From an uncultured Nitrososphaerota archaeon (GTDB lineage: Archaea; Korarchaeota; Korarchaeia; Korarchaeales; Korarchaeaceae), in NCBI GenBank assembly GCA_964594835.1, contig CAZQNA010000001.1, forward strand, positions 1 to 64,000: a stretch of 64,000 nucleotides of DNA, given 5' to 3'. Of the stretch, positions 25,591 through 34,441 are shown piece by piece. The position numbers were made by a program, and so were the translations under genes. The stretch's first letter is position 1. Every line of letters begins with the position of its first letter. A model generated the notes under the pieces. The model ran no database searches. It was not told the DNA's origin and saw nothing but the letters and a program-made list of their open reading frames with translations.

Positions 25591-26457
25591 TTGACCGACT
25601 TGGCCAAGCCGGATATGAATGTGAAGTATGCCGCGGACAGGATAGCGATCGAAAGGCCAGGCCTCAGAGAGGCCCTCGACTTCTTAGTCGACATACTGGC
25701 AGTCCAGAGGGAGTTAGCTCGGGAGGTGATCTCTCCCGCCCTGGAACCAATCCTGCCGGAGATGAAGGAGGCCGCCCGCAACGTCGGCGGGGGCAGGTCC
25801 CTAGTCGACCTGGTGGGCCTGCCGGGGTTATCTCCCTCGGCTTGGGAGAGGATCGCTCTCAGGATCCTGGAGGTGATCAGGGAGCATAGGAGGGACCTGG
25901 AGTCACAGGTAGCCGTCGTCGAAGGGGCAATCAAATCCGGGAGGCTCAAAGTCCGGGAGTTCGTCGAGAGTTCCCTCTCAGGAGACGGCGAGCGGGTGAG
26001 GAGGGAGGCCGAGAAGCTGGGGGTTGAAGCCCCCCTCATGGAGACCCTCTCCCTCTGGTTGGCTCAGACGCTCCTCCGCCCACTCTCCTCCGCCATCTTG
26101 GGGGACATAGGTATCGAGGGGTGGCGAGAGGGAAGATGTCCTGTGTGTGGGAGTCAAACTAGGATAGGCTACATGAGGGGCGAGGGTAGGAAACTGTACC
26201 TGAAGTGCCCAGTGTGTGGAGCAGAGTGGCCCTTCCAGAGGATCAAGTGCCCATTTTGCGGAAACGAAGACAGCCAGACGCTCGGTTTCTACACTTTGGG
26301 CGACGACAGGAGGTTCAGGCTGTACTTCTGCGAGCGGTGCGGGAGGTACTGGAAGGTGGTCGATGAGGAGGAGGCCGGGAGCCAGATTCCCACGGAGCTG
26401 TACGATGTCTGGACTTCTCACTTGGACGCGATCGCCAAAGAGAAGGGTCTGAGGTAG
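25591..26457 (+). CDS. fdhE: Formate dehydrogenase maturation protein FdhE
   Basis: CPVCG, CPVC, CPFCG and CERC motifs; position in the fdh operon. Confidence 0.9.
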   Translation: MTDLAKPDMNVKYAADRIAIERPGLREALDFLVDILAVQRELAREVISPALEPILPEMKEAARNVGGGRSLVDLVGLPGLSPSAWERIALRILEVIREHRRDLESQVAVVEGAIKSGRLKVREFVESSLSGDGERVRREAEKLGVEAPLMETLSLWLAQTLLRPLSSAILGDIGIEGWREGRCPVCGSQTRIGYMRGEGRKLYLKCPVCGAEWPFQRIKCPFCGNEDSQTLGFYTLGDDRRFRLYFCERCGRYWKVVDEEEAGSQIPTELYDVWTSHLDAIAKEKGLR

Positions 26458-26516
26458 AGATGTAGGGGACCTCGGAGGGGGTCAACTTTGTTATACTCCA
26501 CCGCCCCGTCTCCCAC

Positions 26517-27743
26517 GTGATCGAAGGCCTCCTGCGGCGAGTAGAGTCCATGAGGGGAGCCATGATCGACGCCCTAATAGGGCTTTGCTCCGTGGAAGCC
26601 ATCGGTCCGGAGAACGGGGGGAGCGGTGAGCTGGAGAAGGCGAACCGCATCGAGCGCCTCCTCAGTGACCTGGGATTCGAGGAGGTTGAGAGGCTCGACG
26701 CGCCTGATGAGAGGGTCCCCTCAGGCATCAGGCCAAACCTCATCGTCAGGCTCCCGGGAAGGGCAGAGAGGACGATCTGGATAGTGAGTCACATGGACGT
26801 GGTTCCTCCCGGGGACCTCTCACAGTGGGAGACGGACCCCTTCAGCCCCGTCCTCAGGGGCGGAAGGATCTACGGGAGGGGGACAGAGGACGACGGGCAG
26901 GGAATAGTCTCATCCATCTTTGCCGCCAAGGCCCTAATGGACGAGGGCGTTAGGCCCGATCTCTCGCTGGGGCTGGCCATTGTGTCCGACGAGGAGACCG
27001 GAAACAGGTTCGGGATAGAGTACCTGATATCTCAGGGAGTCTTCGGGCGGGAGGACCTCGTGGTGGTGCCGGACGCCGGCAACCCCGAGGGGACCATGAT
27101 CGAGGTGGCTGAGAAGGGGATCCTGTGGCTGAGGGTGGAGGTCAGGGGGAGGCAGACCCACGCCAGCACCCCGCACCGCGGGCTGAACGCCCACAGGATA
27201 GGCATGGAACTCGCGATTCAGCTCGACAGGGCCCTTCACGCGGTCTTCCAAGAGTGCGACCCGCTCTTCGATCCGCCGTGCTCGACCTTCGAGCCGACGA
27301 AGAGGGAGCCGAACGTCGAGAACGTGAACACGATCCCTGGGAGGGACGCGCTTTACTTCGACTGTCGTGTGCTCCCCAGATACGACCTCGACGACGTCCT
27401 CAGACTCGCGACGGACCTCGCGAGGGCCTTCGAGTCGATCTACGGCGCGGAGATCCTAGTCGGCCAGGCCGCCAGGATGGACGCCGCCCCGCCGACCGAC
27501 CCAGGCTCAGAGGTCGTCAGGAGGCTGACCAAGGCCATAAGATTGGCCAGGGGGATCGATGCCAGGCCTCAGGGGATAGGGGGAGGAACCTGCGCGGCAG
27601 CCTTCAGGAGGGCCGGGCTGCAGGCCGCCGCCTGGATGACCACGGACGAGACGGCGCACCAGCCCAACGAGTACTGCAAGGTCGAGAACCTCGTTGGTGA
27701 TGCTAAGGTCTTCGCGATTCTTCCAGTGATAGAGGCGGACTGA
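26517..27743 (+). CDS. M20 family metallo-hydrolase (DapE/ArgE-like)
   Basis: SHMDVVP, GRGTEDD, SDEETG, AHQPNE. Confidence 0.9.
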   Translation: MIEGLLRRVESMRGAMIDALIGLCSVEAIGPENGGSGELEKANRIERLLSDLGFEEVERLDAPDERVPSGIRPNLIVRLPGRAERTIWIVSHMDVVPPGDLSQWETDPFSPVLRGGRIYGRGTEDDGQGIVSSIFAAKALMDEGVRPDLSLGLAIVSDEETGNRFGIEYLISQGVFGREDLVVVPDAGNPEGTMIEVAEKGILWLRVEVRGRQTHASTPHRGLNAHRIGMELAIQLDRALHAVFQECDPLFDPPCSTFEPTKREPNVENVNTIPGRDALYFDCRVLPRYDLDDVLRLATDLARAFESIYGAEILVGQAARMDAAPPTDPGSEVVRRLTKAIRLARGIDARPQGIGGGTCAAAFRRAGLQAAAWMTTDETAHQPNEYCKVENLVGDAKVFAILPVIEAD

Positions 27744-27803
27744 GGGCCTGCTACGGCCGGGCCGACCCTCGCGTTTAAGGCGTAGGCCGCCCCCAACGGT
27801 TCG

Positions 27804-28289
27804 ATGGGTCCCTCGTTGAGGGAGGGGGACGAGGCCCCCGACTTTGAGCTGTCGGATCAGGACGGTCGAGTCGTGAGTCTGGGGGAACTGAGGGGCAAGA
27901 TCGTGGTTCTCTACTTCTACCCCAGGGCGGGGACCTCCGGGTGCACAAAAGAGGCCGAGAGGTTCAACGAACTCCTCGACGAGTTTGAATCGCTGGGCTC
28001 CGTAGTACTAGGGGTCAGCACCGACGCCCCCGGCACGATATCCCGATTCGCAGAGAGACTCGGCCTGAGGTTCAGGCTCCCGTCTGATGAGGGCGGAAAG
28101 GTCGCGGGCGCCTACGGCGTTCTCAGGACAGGCAGGCGCCGAGTCAGCGCGGAGAGAGTAACGTTCGTCATAGACCGCGGGGGACGCATAGCGAGGGTCA
28201 TAAGGAACGTCAGACCCGCGGCCAGGCACGCCGACGAGGCCCTCAGGGCTGTGGCCGAGCTGACCTTGGGTTCGGCCGACGCGGGGTGA
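27804..28289 (+). CDS. bcp: Peroxiredoxin BCP/PrxQ (single Cys)
   Basis: VLYFYPRAGTSGCTKE, ERVTFVID. Confidence 0.9.
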   Translation: MGPSLREGDEAPDFELSDQDGRVVSLGELRGKIVVLYFYPRAGTSGCTKEAERFNELLDEFESLGSVVLGVSTDAPGTISRFAERLGLRFRLPSDEGGKVAGAYGVLRTGRRRVSAERVTFVIDRGGRIARVIRNVRPAARHADEALRAVAELTLGSADAG

Positions 28290-28813
28290 CCGCGCTGACC
28301 AGCCGACCGGACTCGGGGAACTACGCGGAGAGGGTCACCCTGAGTCGATGGATCGCCCTGGCCTTGAACGGCCCCCCTCTAGCCCTCCTGCTGACCTCGG
28401 CCTACGCGGCCATCTCGCTGGGGCTGAGAGAGGCCCTGGTACCGATGCTCTTCTTCTACTTCTTCCTTCAGGCGAGCGTCCTCTTCCTCCTGAGCAGGTA
28501 CGGGGCGCTCACCCTCAGAATCTCGTCCGGAGTCCTCAGAGTGACGTACGCCGGTGGAGAGATTGGGGTCCCGGCCTCAGCGGTCGAGCGGGTTGAGATA
28601 GGCCGGGTGAGCACCCTTCGCATCGCCCTCCTCCCCAGGCCCCTCGACGGGACCCTCCCCTTCGTCCTGAGGGGAGGCCCGGTGATCAGGCTCGTGTTCG
28701 CCGAGCCCCTCCACACGGCGGTCGGGGAGGTCGCTGAGGTCCTCATCTCGACCCTCAGGCCGGATGAGGCGCTGGAGGCTCTGAGATCGTCGGGCTTTCC
28801 CGTTGTGGCTTGA
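28286..28813 (+). CDS. Hypothetical two-TM membrane protein with a beta-rich soluble domain
   Basis: Two hydrophobic helices then a PH-like beta pattern; overlaps the bcp stop (GTGA). Confidence 0.55.
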   Translation: MTALTSRPDSGNYAERVTLSRWIALALNGPPLALLLTSAYAAISLGLREALVPMLFFYFFLQASVLFLLSRYGALTLRISSGVLRVTYAGGEIGVPASAVERVEIGRVSTLRIALLPRPLDGTLPFVLRGGPVIRLVFAEPLHTAVGEVAEVLISTLRPDEALEALRSSGFPVVA

Positions 28814-28819
28814 TGGACC

Positions 28820-29599
28820 TCAGTCTCGGGACGGGACGTCCGCCCCCTCTCCGCCCTCCCCGACGTCGGACCCAAGCTCCCTAGTTATGATCTCCTCAAT
28901 CTCTTCCGGTCCGAGTTCCTCCTCGAGGAGCTGATTTTGGTCGTAGTCTGGCTTCCTCTCTTCTCTGGACAGGTTGACGAGCCTGAGTGCGATCGCCTTA
29001 CGACTTGGGTGCATCTCCACGTTGACCACGGCCCTCGCCACGTTCTCCATCGTCGCCTCCTGGAAGACTATCCTGGACCCGTCCCTCAGGATGAAGATTG
29101 CCCTGGCGTGCTTGTGTCCCCTGGGGACGCCGAAGAGAAATCGATCCACGTCCCTGTTCCTCACGACCACCGTAAACGGTCTCCTCAGCTCCTCCAGGAG
29201 TCTCCTGGTCGAGGACGTCAGCTTGAGGTCAAGGGCCCGGTCGAGGGGGATCCACCTGACCTCCTTGGCGTCTCCCCCTGGCCTCAGGGTCCCGCCGACC
29301 GGCCTGCAGAGGAGGTCGACGACGACGTAGTGGTACCTGACCCTCCCCTCCCCGTCCCTCTCGATGTAGTCGAAGGCGTAGATGGGCCTGAGGGGCTCCA
29401 CCTCAAGCCCCGTCTCCTCGGCCAGCTCCCTGGCGCAAGCCTCCTCGAGGGTCTCACCCAGCCTGACGTGCCCGCCGGGTATGGACCAGAGTCCCGCCCC
29501 GGGATCCCTCTTCCTCCTCACCAGCAGGACCCTGTCGTCCCTCAGCAGAACGCCCCCGACCCCCACTATGGGCGTCGGCGGATACTCTCTGAACTCCAA
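28820..29599 (-). CDS. Nudix hydrolase fused to an uncharacterised C-terminal domain
   Basis: GGHVRLGETLEEACARELAEETG Nudix box; extra ~115 aa (GHKHAR...FQEATMEN...HP). Confidence 0.85.
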   Translation of the reverse strand: MEFREYPPTPIVGVGGVLLRDDRVLLVRRKRDPGAGLWSIPGGHVRLGETLEEACARELAEETGLEVEPLRPIYAFDYIERDGEGRVRYHYVVVDLLCRPVGGTLRPGGDAKEVRWIPLDRALDLKLTSSTRRLLEELRRPFTVVVRNRDVDRFLFGVPRGHKHARAIFILRDGSRIVFQEATMENVARAVVNVEMHPSRKAIALRLVNLSREERKPDYDQNQLLEEELGPEEIEEIITRELGSDVGEGGEGADVPSRD

Positions 29600-29642
29600 T
29601 CCGAGCCCAGGCGCGGGTCACCGGCAAAAACTTGACTGCCCC

Positions 29643-30500
29643 TCACGGTCGGCCCGGGGGGAACGTCGCCCTCGTCAGGAGCCTCCTCGCGGCGCCGATG
29701 GCAGTAGCGTAGGTCGCCCTCTCCGGCACGATCGCCCTCCCCCCGAAGAGCTCCACGGCGTGGATCACGGTCCTGGCCACGGGCTCCTCCTCGGCCAACC
29801 TACCGACCAGCACTATGCTGTCCTCGAGCCCGGCGGACTTGGCGGCCAGGACCGCCACCGTCCCCACGACCTGGCCCACCAGGTTCACGATGCCCGCGGC
29901 AACGTCGACCGGCCTTGTCCAGTCCCCGACCTTCCCGAAGTTTGAAGCGGTGGCGTCCGGCGGGAGGATCCCCACCCCCCTGCCGACTATGTCCCCTATG
30001 GTGAGGTCCACGCGCTTCAGATCCCCCTCCCCGGCCATCTCTAGAACGCTGTCCACGCTGCTCTTGCCGAGCAGGAGCCTGCCGAGGCCCGCTAGCGTCC
30101 CTCCCCCGACCGCCGTCCCTCCCAGGTGCTCGACCCGGAAGCAGGACCCGTCTCCCCAGGCCCCCACCACCGCCGTGCCCGTCCCGATGCTCACCACCGC
30201 AGCCCTGTCCCTCCCCGACAGGAAGCACCCCCCGACGCCGATGGCCTCTATCTCATCGATCTTCTCGGCGCGAACGCCCAGCAGCCTGTCCGGCAGGCTG
30301 TTGGCGCCTCCCCCCGTCAGGGCTATGCTGGAGAGCTGGTCCACCCCTATGCCCGACTCGAGGATCAGCTTCCCGAGGGCGCCCATGGCCGAGGAGACGG
30401 AGTCGGAGGCGGTGACGTCCGCAAACCCCCTTATCTCACTCTCGGTGATCAGGACGGCCTTGGTAGCGGTCCCGCCCACGTCGAGGCCGGCAATGAGCAA
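29643..30500 (-). CDS. Type II pantothenate kinase (CoaW/Fumble-like, ASKHA fold)
   Basis: GLDVGGTATK, SIGTGT, GGTAVGGGT, VDLTIGDI, TASNFGK. Confidence 0.82.
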   Translation of the reverse strand: MLIAGLDVGGTATKAVLITESEIRGFADVTASDSVSSAMGALGKLILESGIGVDQLSSIALTGGGANSLPDRLLGVRAEKIDEIEAIGVGGCFLSGRDRAAVVSIGTGTAVVGAWGDGSCFRVEHLGGTAVGGGTLAGLGRLLLGKSSVDSVLEMAGEGDLKRVDLTIGDIVGRGVGILPPDATASNFGKVGDWTRPVDVAAGIVNLVGQVVGTVAVLAAKSAGLEDSIVLVGRLAEEEPVARTVIHAVELFGGRAIVPERATYATAIGAARRLLTRATFPPGRP

Positions 30501-30536
30501 CTCAACCCACCTGAGTCGCCCGGCTTGTGAAAAAGG

Positions 30537-31130
30537 TTACCGCCCTGCCAGGCGCCCTAGCCCGCCGTTCTCCAGCGCCCTGCCGACGGCCCTGACCAGC
30601 GGGGGGACGACGAGGTAAAGGAAGGGAGCCTCGGTGACGAAGGTCCATCCGGCGACGCTCATCCCCGCCGCCAGGCTCAGCGGGGTCATCTCAGAGTGAA
30701 AAGGCAGGAGGAAGAACCTGCTCCAGATCGTCAGGCCCAGCCCTATCCAGAGGGACCCCACCGCGAGGCCAAGCGTGTTCGCGAGCAGGAGCCTCTTCAC
30801 GCTGGACCACCTGTCCGTGAGCGCGCCTATGACGTAGAAGGCGAGGAAGTTGGCCGGGACCCCGACCGTCAGGCTGAGGAGCGCCATCCCGTGGGAGGCC
30901 ATGTCGGAGAGGAAGATCCCGATGGCCGCGGAGGCGCCGCCCACCCAGGGTCCGAACAGGGTCGCGAGGGTCGAGGGGATGACCACGGCGGGCCAGAACC
31001 TGACCCCCATGAAGTTGAGCCCCAGAACCCCCAGCCAGGTCAGGTATCCCACCCCGGCGTACAGGGCTCCGCCCACCCCGGCGACGACGGCATCGAGGGT
31101 GCCGGTCCTCTCCCCCCTCACGCTCCCCAC
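30537..31130 (-). CDS. ECF transporter S-component
   Basis: About six TM helices; VRFWPAVVIP...LFGPWVGG...IGIFLSD pattern. Confidence 0.78.
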   Translation of the reverse strand: MGSVRGERTGTLDAVVAGVGGALYAGVGYLTWLGVLGLNFMGVRFWPAVVIPSTLATLFGPWVGGASAAIGIFLSDMASHGMALLSLTVGVPANFLAFYVIGALTDRWSSVKRLLLANTLGLAVGSLWIGLGLTIWSRFFLLPFHSEMTPLSLAAGMSVAGWTFVTEAPFLYLVVPPLVRAVGRALENGGLGRLAGR

Positions 31131-31217
31131 CGCCCACGCTGGCGTCCGTCAGGGATTTTAACCTATTTAATTACGGGTATTTCGTCTATAGAGGTATATA
31201 GATGGGAGGGCGGTTGG

Positions 31218-32165
31218 GTGCCAGTCAGGAGGATCCAGGAGGTCGGGGGTGGGTCCCTCTCCATCACGCTTCCGAAGGGCTGGGCCAGGAGACAGGGGCT
31301 TTCAAAGGGGAGCCTCGTGATAGTCGAGGAGTCCCCGGCAGGCATCCTGACCGTGATGCCAGCCGAGCCAAGGGGGGCCGTGACGTCGATACCCCACGCC
31401 CCCGGGGACGTGAGGGGCACCGTGAGGCGTCTCCTCGCCGCCTACCTCGACGGGTTCGACGTCATAGAGGTGACCTCGGAGGGGTTCATACCCTCAAGGG
31501 AGAGGTCGGCGATCAAGAGGGCGGCCTCAGCCCTCCCGGGCCTGGAGGTCCTCGGGGAGGACGCCTCCAAGCTGTCCCTCAGGTGCGTCCTGGACCCGAG
31601 GCTTCTCAACCCGCGGGAGCTCATGACCCGACTGGGCAGCCTCGTCGCCGGGATGCTGAGAGATCTCTCTAGGGCCCTGGAGTCAGGAGACGCCGAGCTG
31701 GCGGGACTGGTGGCGGAGAGGGACGACGAGGTCGACAGGCTCTACTTCCTGCTGGTCAGGCTGGTGAGAAAGTCGGCCATGGACCCGTCCCTCGCCTCCA
31801 GGTCGGGGCTCTCGCCTGCCGAGCTGATAGACTACAGGGTGGCGGCGCTCCTCCTAGAGTCGGCCGCCGACAGCCTGGTCCTCCTGGCCAGATCGTACCA
31901 GGGGTCCGGATCGTCCGCTCCCGGGCTGGGCAGGATCGCTGGGGCCGCCGCCGACCTCGTGGAGAGGTGCCTCCAGGCGCTCCTCGAGCGGGACGTCCCG
32001 TCGGCGGTCCAGTTTCAGTCCTCGGCACGGGCGCTCGGGGAGGAGCTGGCTGGGTATGGGGGCCACTCGGGGAGGGCGGCAGACTACCTGGGAGACGTCC
32101 TCGACAGGCTTATCGACATCTGCGATCTCGTCTCTCCTGGGGCGGGACACCAGACCCTCGACTGA
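31218..32165 (+). CDS. AbrB-PhoU archaeal regulator
   Basis: RRIQEVGGGSLSITLPKGW AbrB domain; AAYLDG, RDDEVDRLYFLL PhoU domain; GTG start at 31218. Confidence 0.88.
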   Translation: MPVRRIQEVGGGSLSITLPKGWARRQGLSKGSLVIVEESPAGILTVMPAEPRGAVTSIPHAPGDVRGTVRRLLAAYLDGFDVIEVTSEGFIPSRERSAIKRAASALPGLEVLGEDASKLSLRCVLDPRLLNPRELMTRLGSLVAGMLRDLSRALESGDAELAGLVAERDDEVDRLYFLLVRLVRKSAMDPSLASRSGLSPAELIDYRVAALLLESAADSLVLLARSYQGSGSSAPGLGRIAGAAADLVERCLQALLERDVPSAVQFQSSARALGEELAGYGGHSGRAADYLGDVLDRLIDICDLVSPGAGHQTLD

Positions 32166-32182
32166 CTCCCCGGGCCTCAGAG

Positions 32183-33010
32183 TCACCGCCCCAAGACCGG
32201 GCCGTAGAGGTCCGGTCTCCTGTCCCTGAAGAGGTCGTTCCTCTCGGTCACCCTCTTGTCGTCCGCCTCCCCCGGGTCTATGGTCACGACGGCGACGTGC
32301 TCCCGGTCCCTTGGTCCCCTCACCAGGATCTCCATCCCGGGAGAGGTCACCTGGCTCTGCCCCGTGAAGCCTATCTTCTTCCCGCTGGGCCTGGCGTCCT
32401 CGCCCACGCGGTTGGCGGTGACCGTGAACACCCGATTCTCAATAGACCTGGCGAGCATGGCCGTCTGGGCGTAGGGGAGAACGAGGTTCGCGGGATGAGC
32501 TATTATCTGGGCTCCGCTGAGCGCCAGCACGCGGGCGGATTCCGGGAAGAACCAGTCGAAGCATATCATGACGCCGACCCTGGCCCCGGCGACGTTGAAC
32601 ACTCTGAACCCCAGGTCCCCGGGCTCGAACCAGACCTTCTCCTCGTTGAAGAGGTGCACCTTCCTGTAGACCCCTCTGACGTCCCCCGTCCCGTCCACGA
32701 CCACGGCCGAGTTGTAGGGCTGGCCGGACTCGGGGTCAAGCTCCGCGAACCCCGCGACGAGGGCGGTGGAGGTCTCGGCGGCGAACTTCGCCAGCGCCCT
32801 CACGGTGGGCCCCTCGAGCCCCTCGGAGAGCCTGACTGCCTCCTCTCGGGACTCGAAGAGGTAACCGGTGTTGAAGAGCTCCGGAAACACTAGCAGGTCC
32901 GCCTCCACCTTTGAGGCCAGATTGAGGGCCCTCTCAACGTTCGACTCCACTTCTCCAAATCTGGGCCTAGTCTGGACGTAGCCGACGACCAGCTCGCCCA
33001 TGGATCTCAC
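32183..33010 (-). CDS. Carbon-nitrogen hydrolase (nitrilase superfamily)
   Basis: FPEL, YRKVHL and ICFDW catalytic E-K-C triad. Confidence 0.92.
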   Translation of the reverse strand: MRSMGELVVGYVQTRPRFGEVESNVERALNLASKVEADLLVFPELFNTGYLFESREEAVRLSEGLEGPTVRALAKFAAETSTALVAGFAELDPESGQPYNSAVVVDGTGDVRGVYRKVHLFNEEKVWFEPGDLGFRVFNVAGARVGVMICFDWFFPESARVLALSGAQIIAHPANLVLPYAQTAMLARSIENRVFTVTANRVGEDARPSGKKIGFTGQSQVTSPGMEILVRGPRDREHVAVVTIDPGEADDKRVTERNDLFRDRRPDLYGPVLGR

Positions 33011-33119
33011 CGCAGGTCCTCGCCCCCGAACGCCATAAACCCCTCCGGCGATCGGTCCCCCACGTCCCCTCCAGAACGACTAAATCCCCCCGCCGCCTGA
33101 AGCAAAGGGTGCCCCCAAC

Positions 33120-34334
33120 TTGTCGCGGGCCCTATCGCCGTACAGAACGCTCGGTCGGAACGCAAGGCTGATGTTGGCGTATAGCGGGTTGTCCGCAATT
33201 TGCTGGGGAGCTTACGGAGCCGTCTGGCAGCTCTACTTCAAGTCCGCGGGCTACGGGGGCACCTGGATAGGGACTTACGCCTTCATCAGCGGGGTGACCA
33301 TGACGGCCCTCACCCTCCCGCTCGGCGTGGTGGCCGACAGATTCAGGAGGAAGGCCATGATACTGGCGAGCACCGTCATCTCGGTCGCCTCCACCGCGAT
33401 GATCCTTTTGTCGACCTCCAGGACGGCGCTCGTCGCCTCAGCCGCCTCCTTCGGCGTCTCCTGGGCACTCGGCGGACCGGCGAAGGAGGCCCTCTTTGCG
33501 GAGACCGTTCAGGAGACGGGGATGGAGAGGGGATACAGCGCGGTGGCCTCCGTGGAGGCCCTGGCCCTCTCCGCCGGGGGACTCCTCGGCTGGGTTCCGG
33601 AGGCACTCGCCGCTGGGAGGGGCCTCGATTACCTCTCCTCCTACAGGATCTTTCTCTGTGGAGTGGCCACGCTGGAGATCCTCGCCGCGTCTCCCCTGAT
33701 CCTTATCTCTGAGAGGTTCGGGGCCCGGGCGGCCGCCCGGGCTCGGCTGCCGCTGGACCTGAAGGCGAAGGGCGTCGCGCTGAGGTTCGCCCTGATAAAC
33801 TCCCTGGTGGGCTTCGGGGCCGGCCTCTCCATCCCCCTGATGGGCTACTACCTCAGCGTCAAGTTTGGGGTGGAGTCCGGCCCAATAGGAACGCTTTTCG
33901 CCGTGGGGAACGTGGTGGCGGCCCCCGCCTACCTCCTGGCCGCCGAGGTGTCCGCAAGGCTGGGCACGGTGAGGGGTGCCGCCACGCTCCAGGCGGCCTC
34001 GATCCCCCTCCTGGCAATGATACCCCTGGCCCCGAGCTTCCTGGTGGCCTCAGCCCTCTACGTCCCGAGGTCGGTCCTGATGAACATGGCCAACCCCCTG
34101 ATCAGCGCCCTGGTCATGAAGCTGACGCCTGAAAGTGAGAGGGGTACGATGGCGTCGATATCCCAGCTCTCCTGGAACCTCCCAAACTCCGTCGCCCAGC
34201 AGGTCGGCGGCGTGGTCATGGACCGCCTCTCCCTGGACGCCCCCCTCTACGCCACCTCGGCGATCTACGTCCTGTACGTGACCACCTTCTACCTGATGTT
34301 CAGCAGGCTGGAGCGCGGGTCTGGGGCTCGGTGA
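33120..34334 (+). CDS. MFS transporter (copy 1)
   Basis: 12-TM pattern; GVVADRFRRK motif A. Confidence 0.9.
   Translation: MSRALSPYRTLGRNARLMLAYSGLSAICWGAYGAVWQLYFKSAGYGGTWIGTYAFISGVTMTALTLPLGVVADRFRRKAMILASTVISVASTAMILLSTSRTALVASAASFGVSWALGGPAKEALFAETVQETGMERGYSAVASVEALALSAGGLLGWVPEALAAGRGLDYLSSYRIFLCGVATLEILAASPLILISERFGARAAARARLPLDLKAKGVALRFALINSLVGFGAGLSIPLMGYYLSVKFGVESGPIGTLFAVGNVVAAPAYLLAAEVSARLGTVRGAATLQAASIPLLAMIPLAPSFLVASALYVPRSVLMNMANPLISALVMKLTPESERGTMASISQLSWNLPNSVAQQVGGVVMDRLSLDAPLYATSAIYVLYVTTFYLMFSRLERGSGAR
33802..34327 (+). repeat. 526-bp direct repeat, copy 1
   Basis: Identical by eye to 35139..35664 (offset 1337). Confidence 0.92.
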
Positions 34335-34441
34335 GGGCGTCGTTGGGGCGTCGACGGCCTGACGAAGTTTCCACCCGAGGCCAATCCCCGTACAAAATTC
34401 GCGGCCATCGGTAAATATCAGGTCCGCAGCGCGCGGGTCCG

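Noticed and set aside
11662-26457. Formate hydrogenlyase complex
   Set aside because: The hydrogenase is group 1 with a Tat signal, and there are no group 4 or antiporter-like subunits
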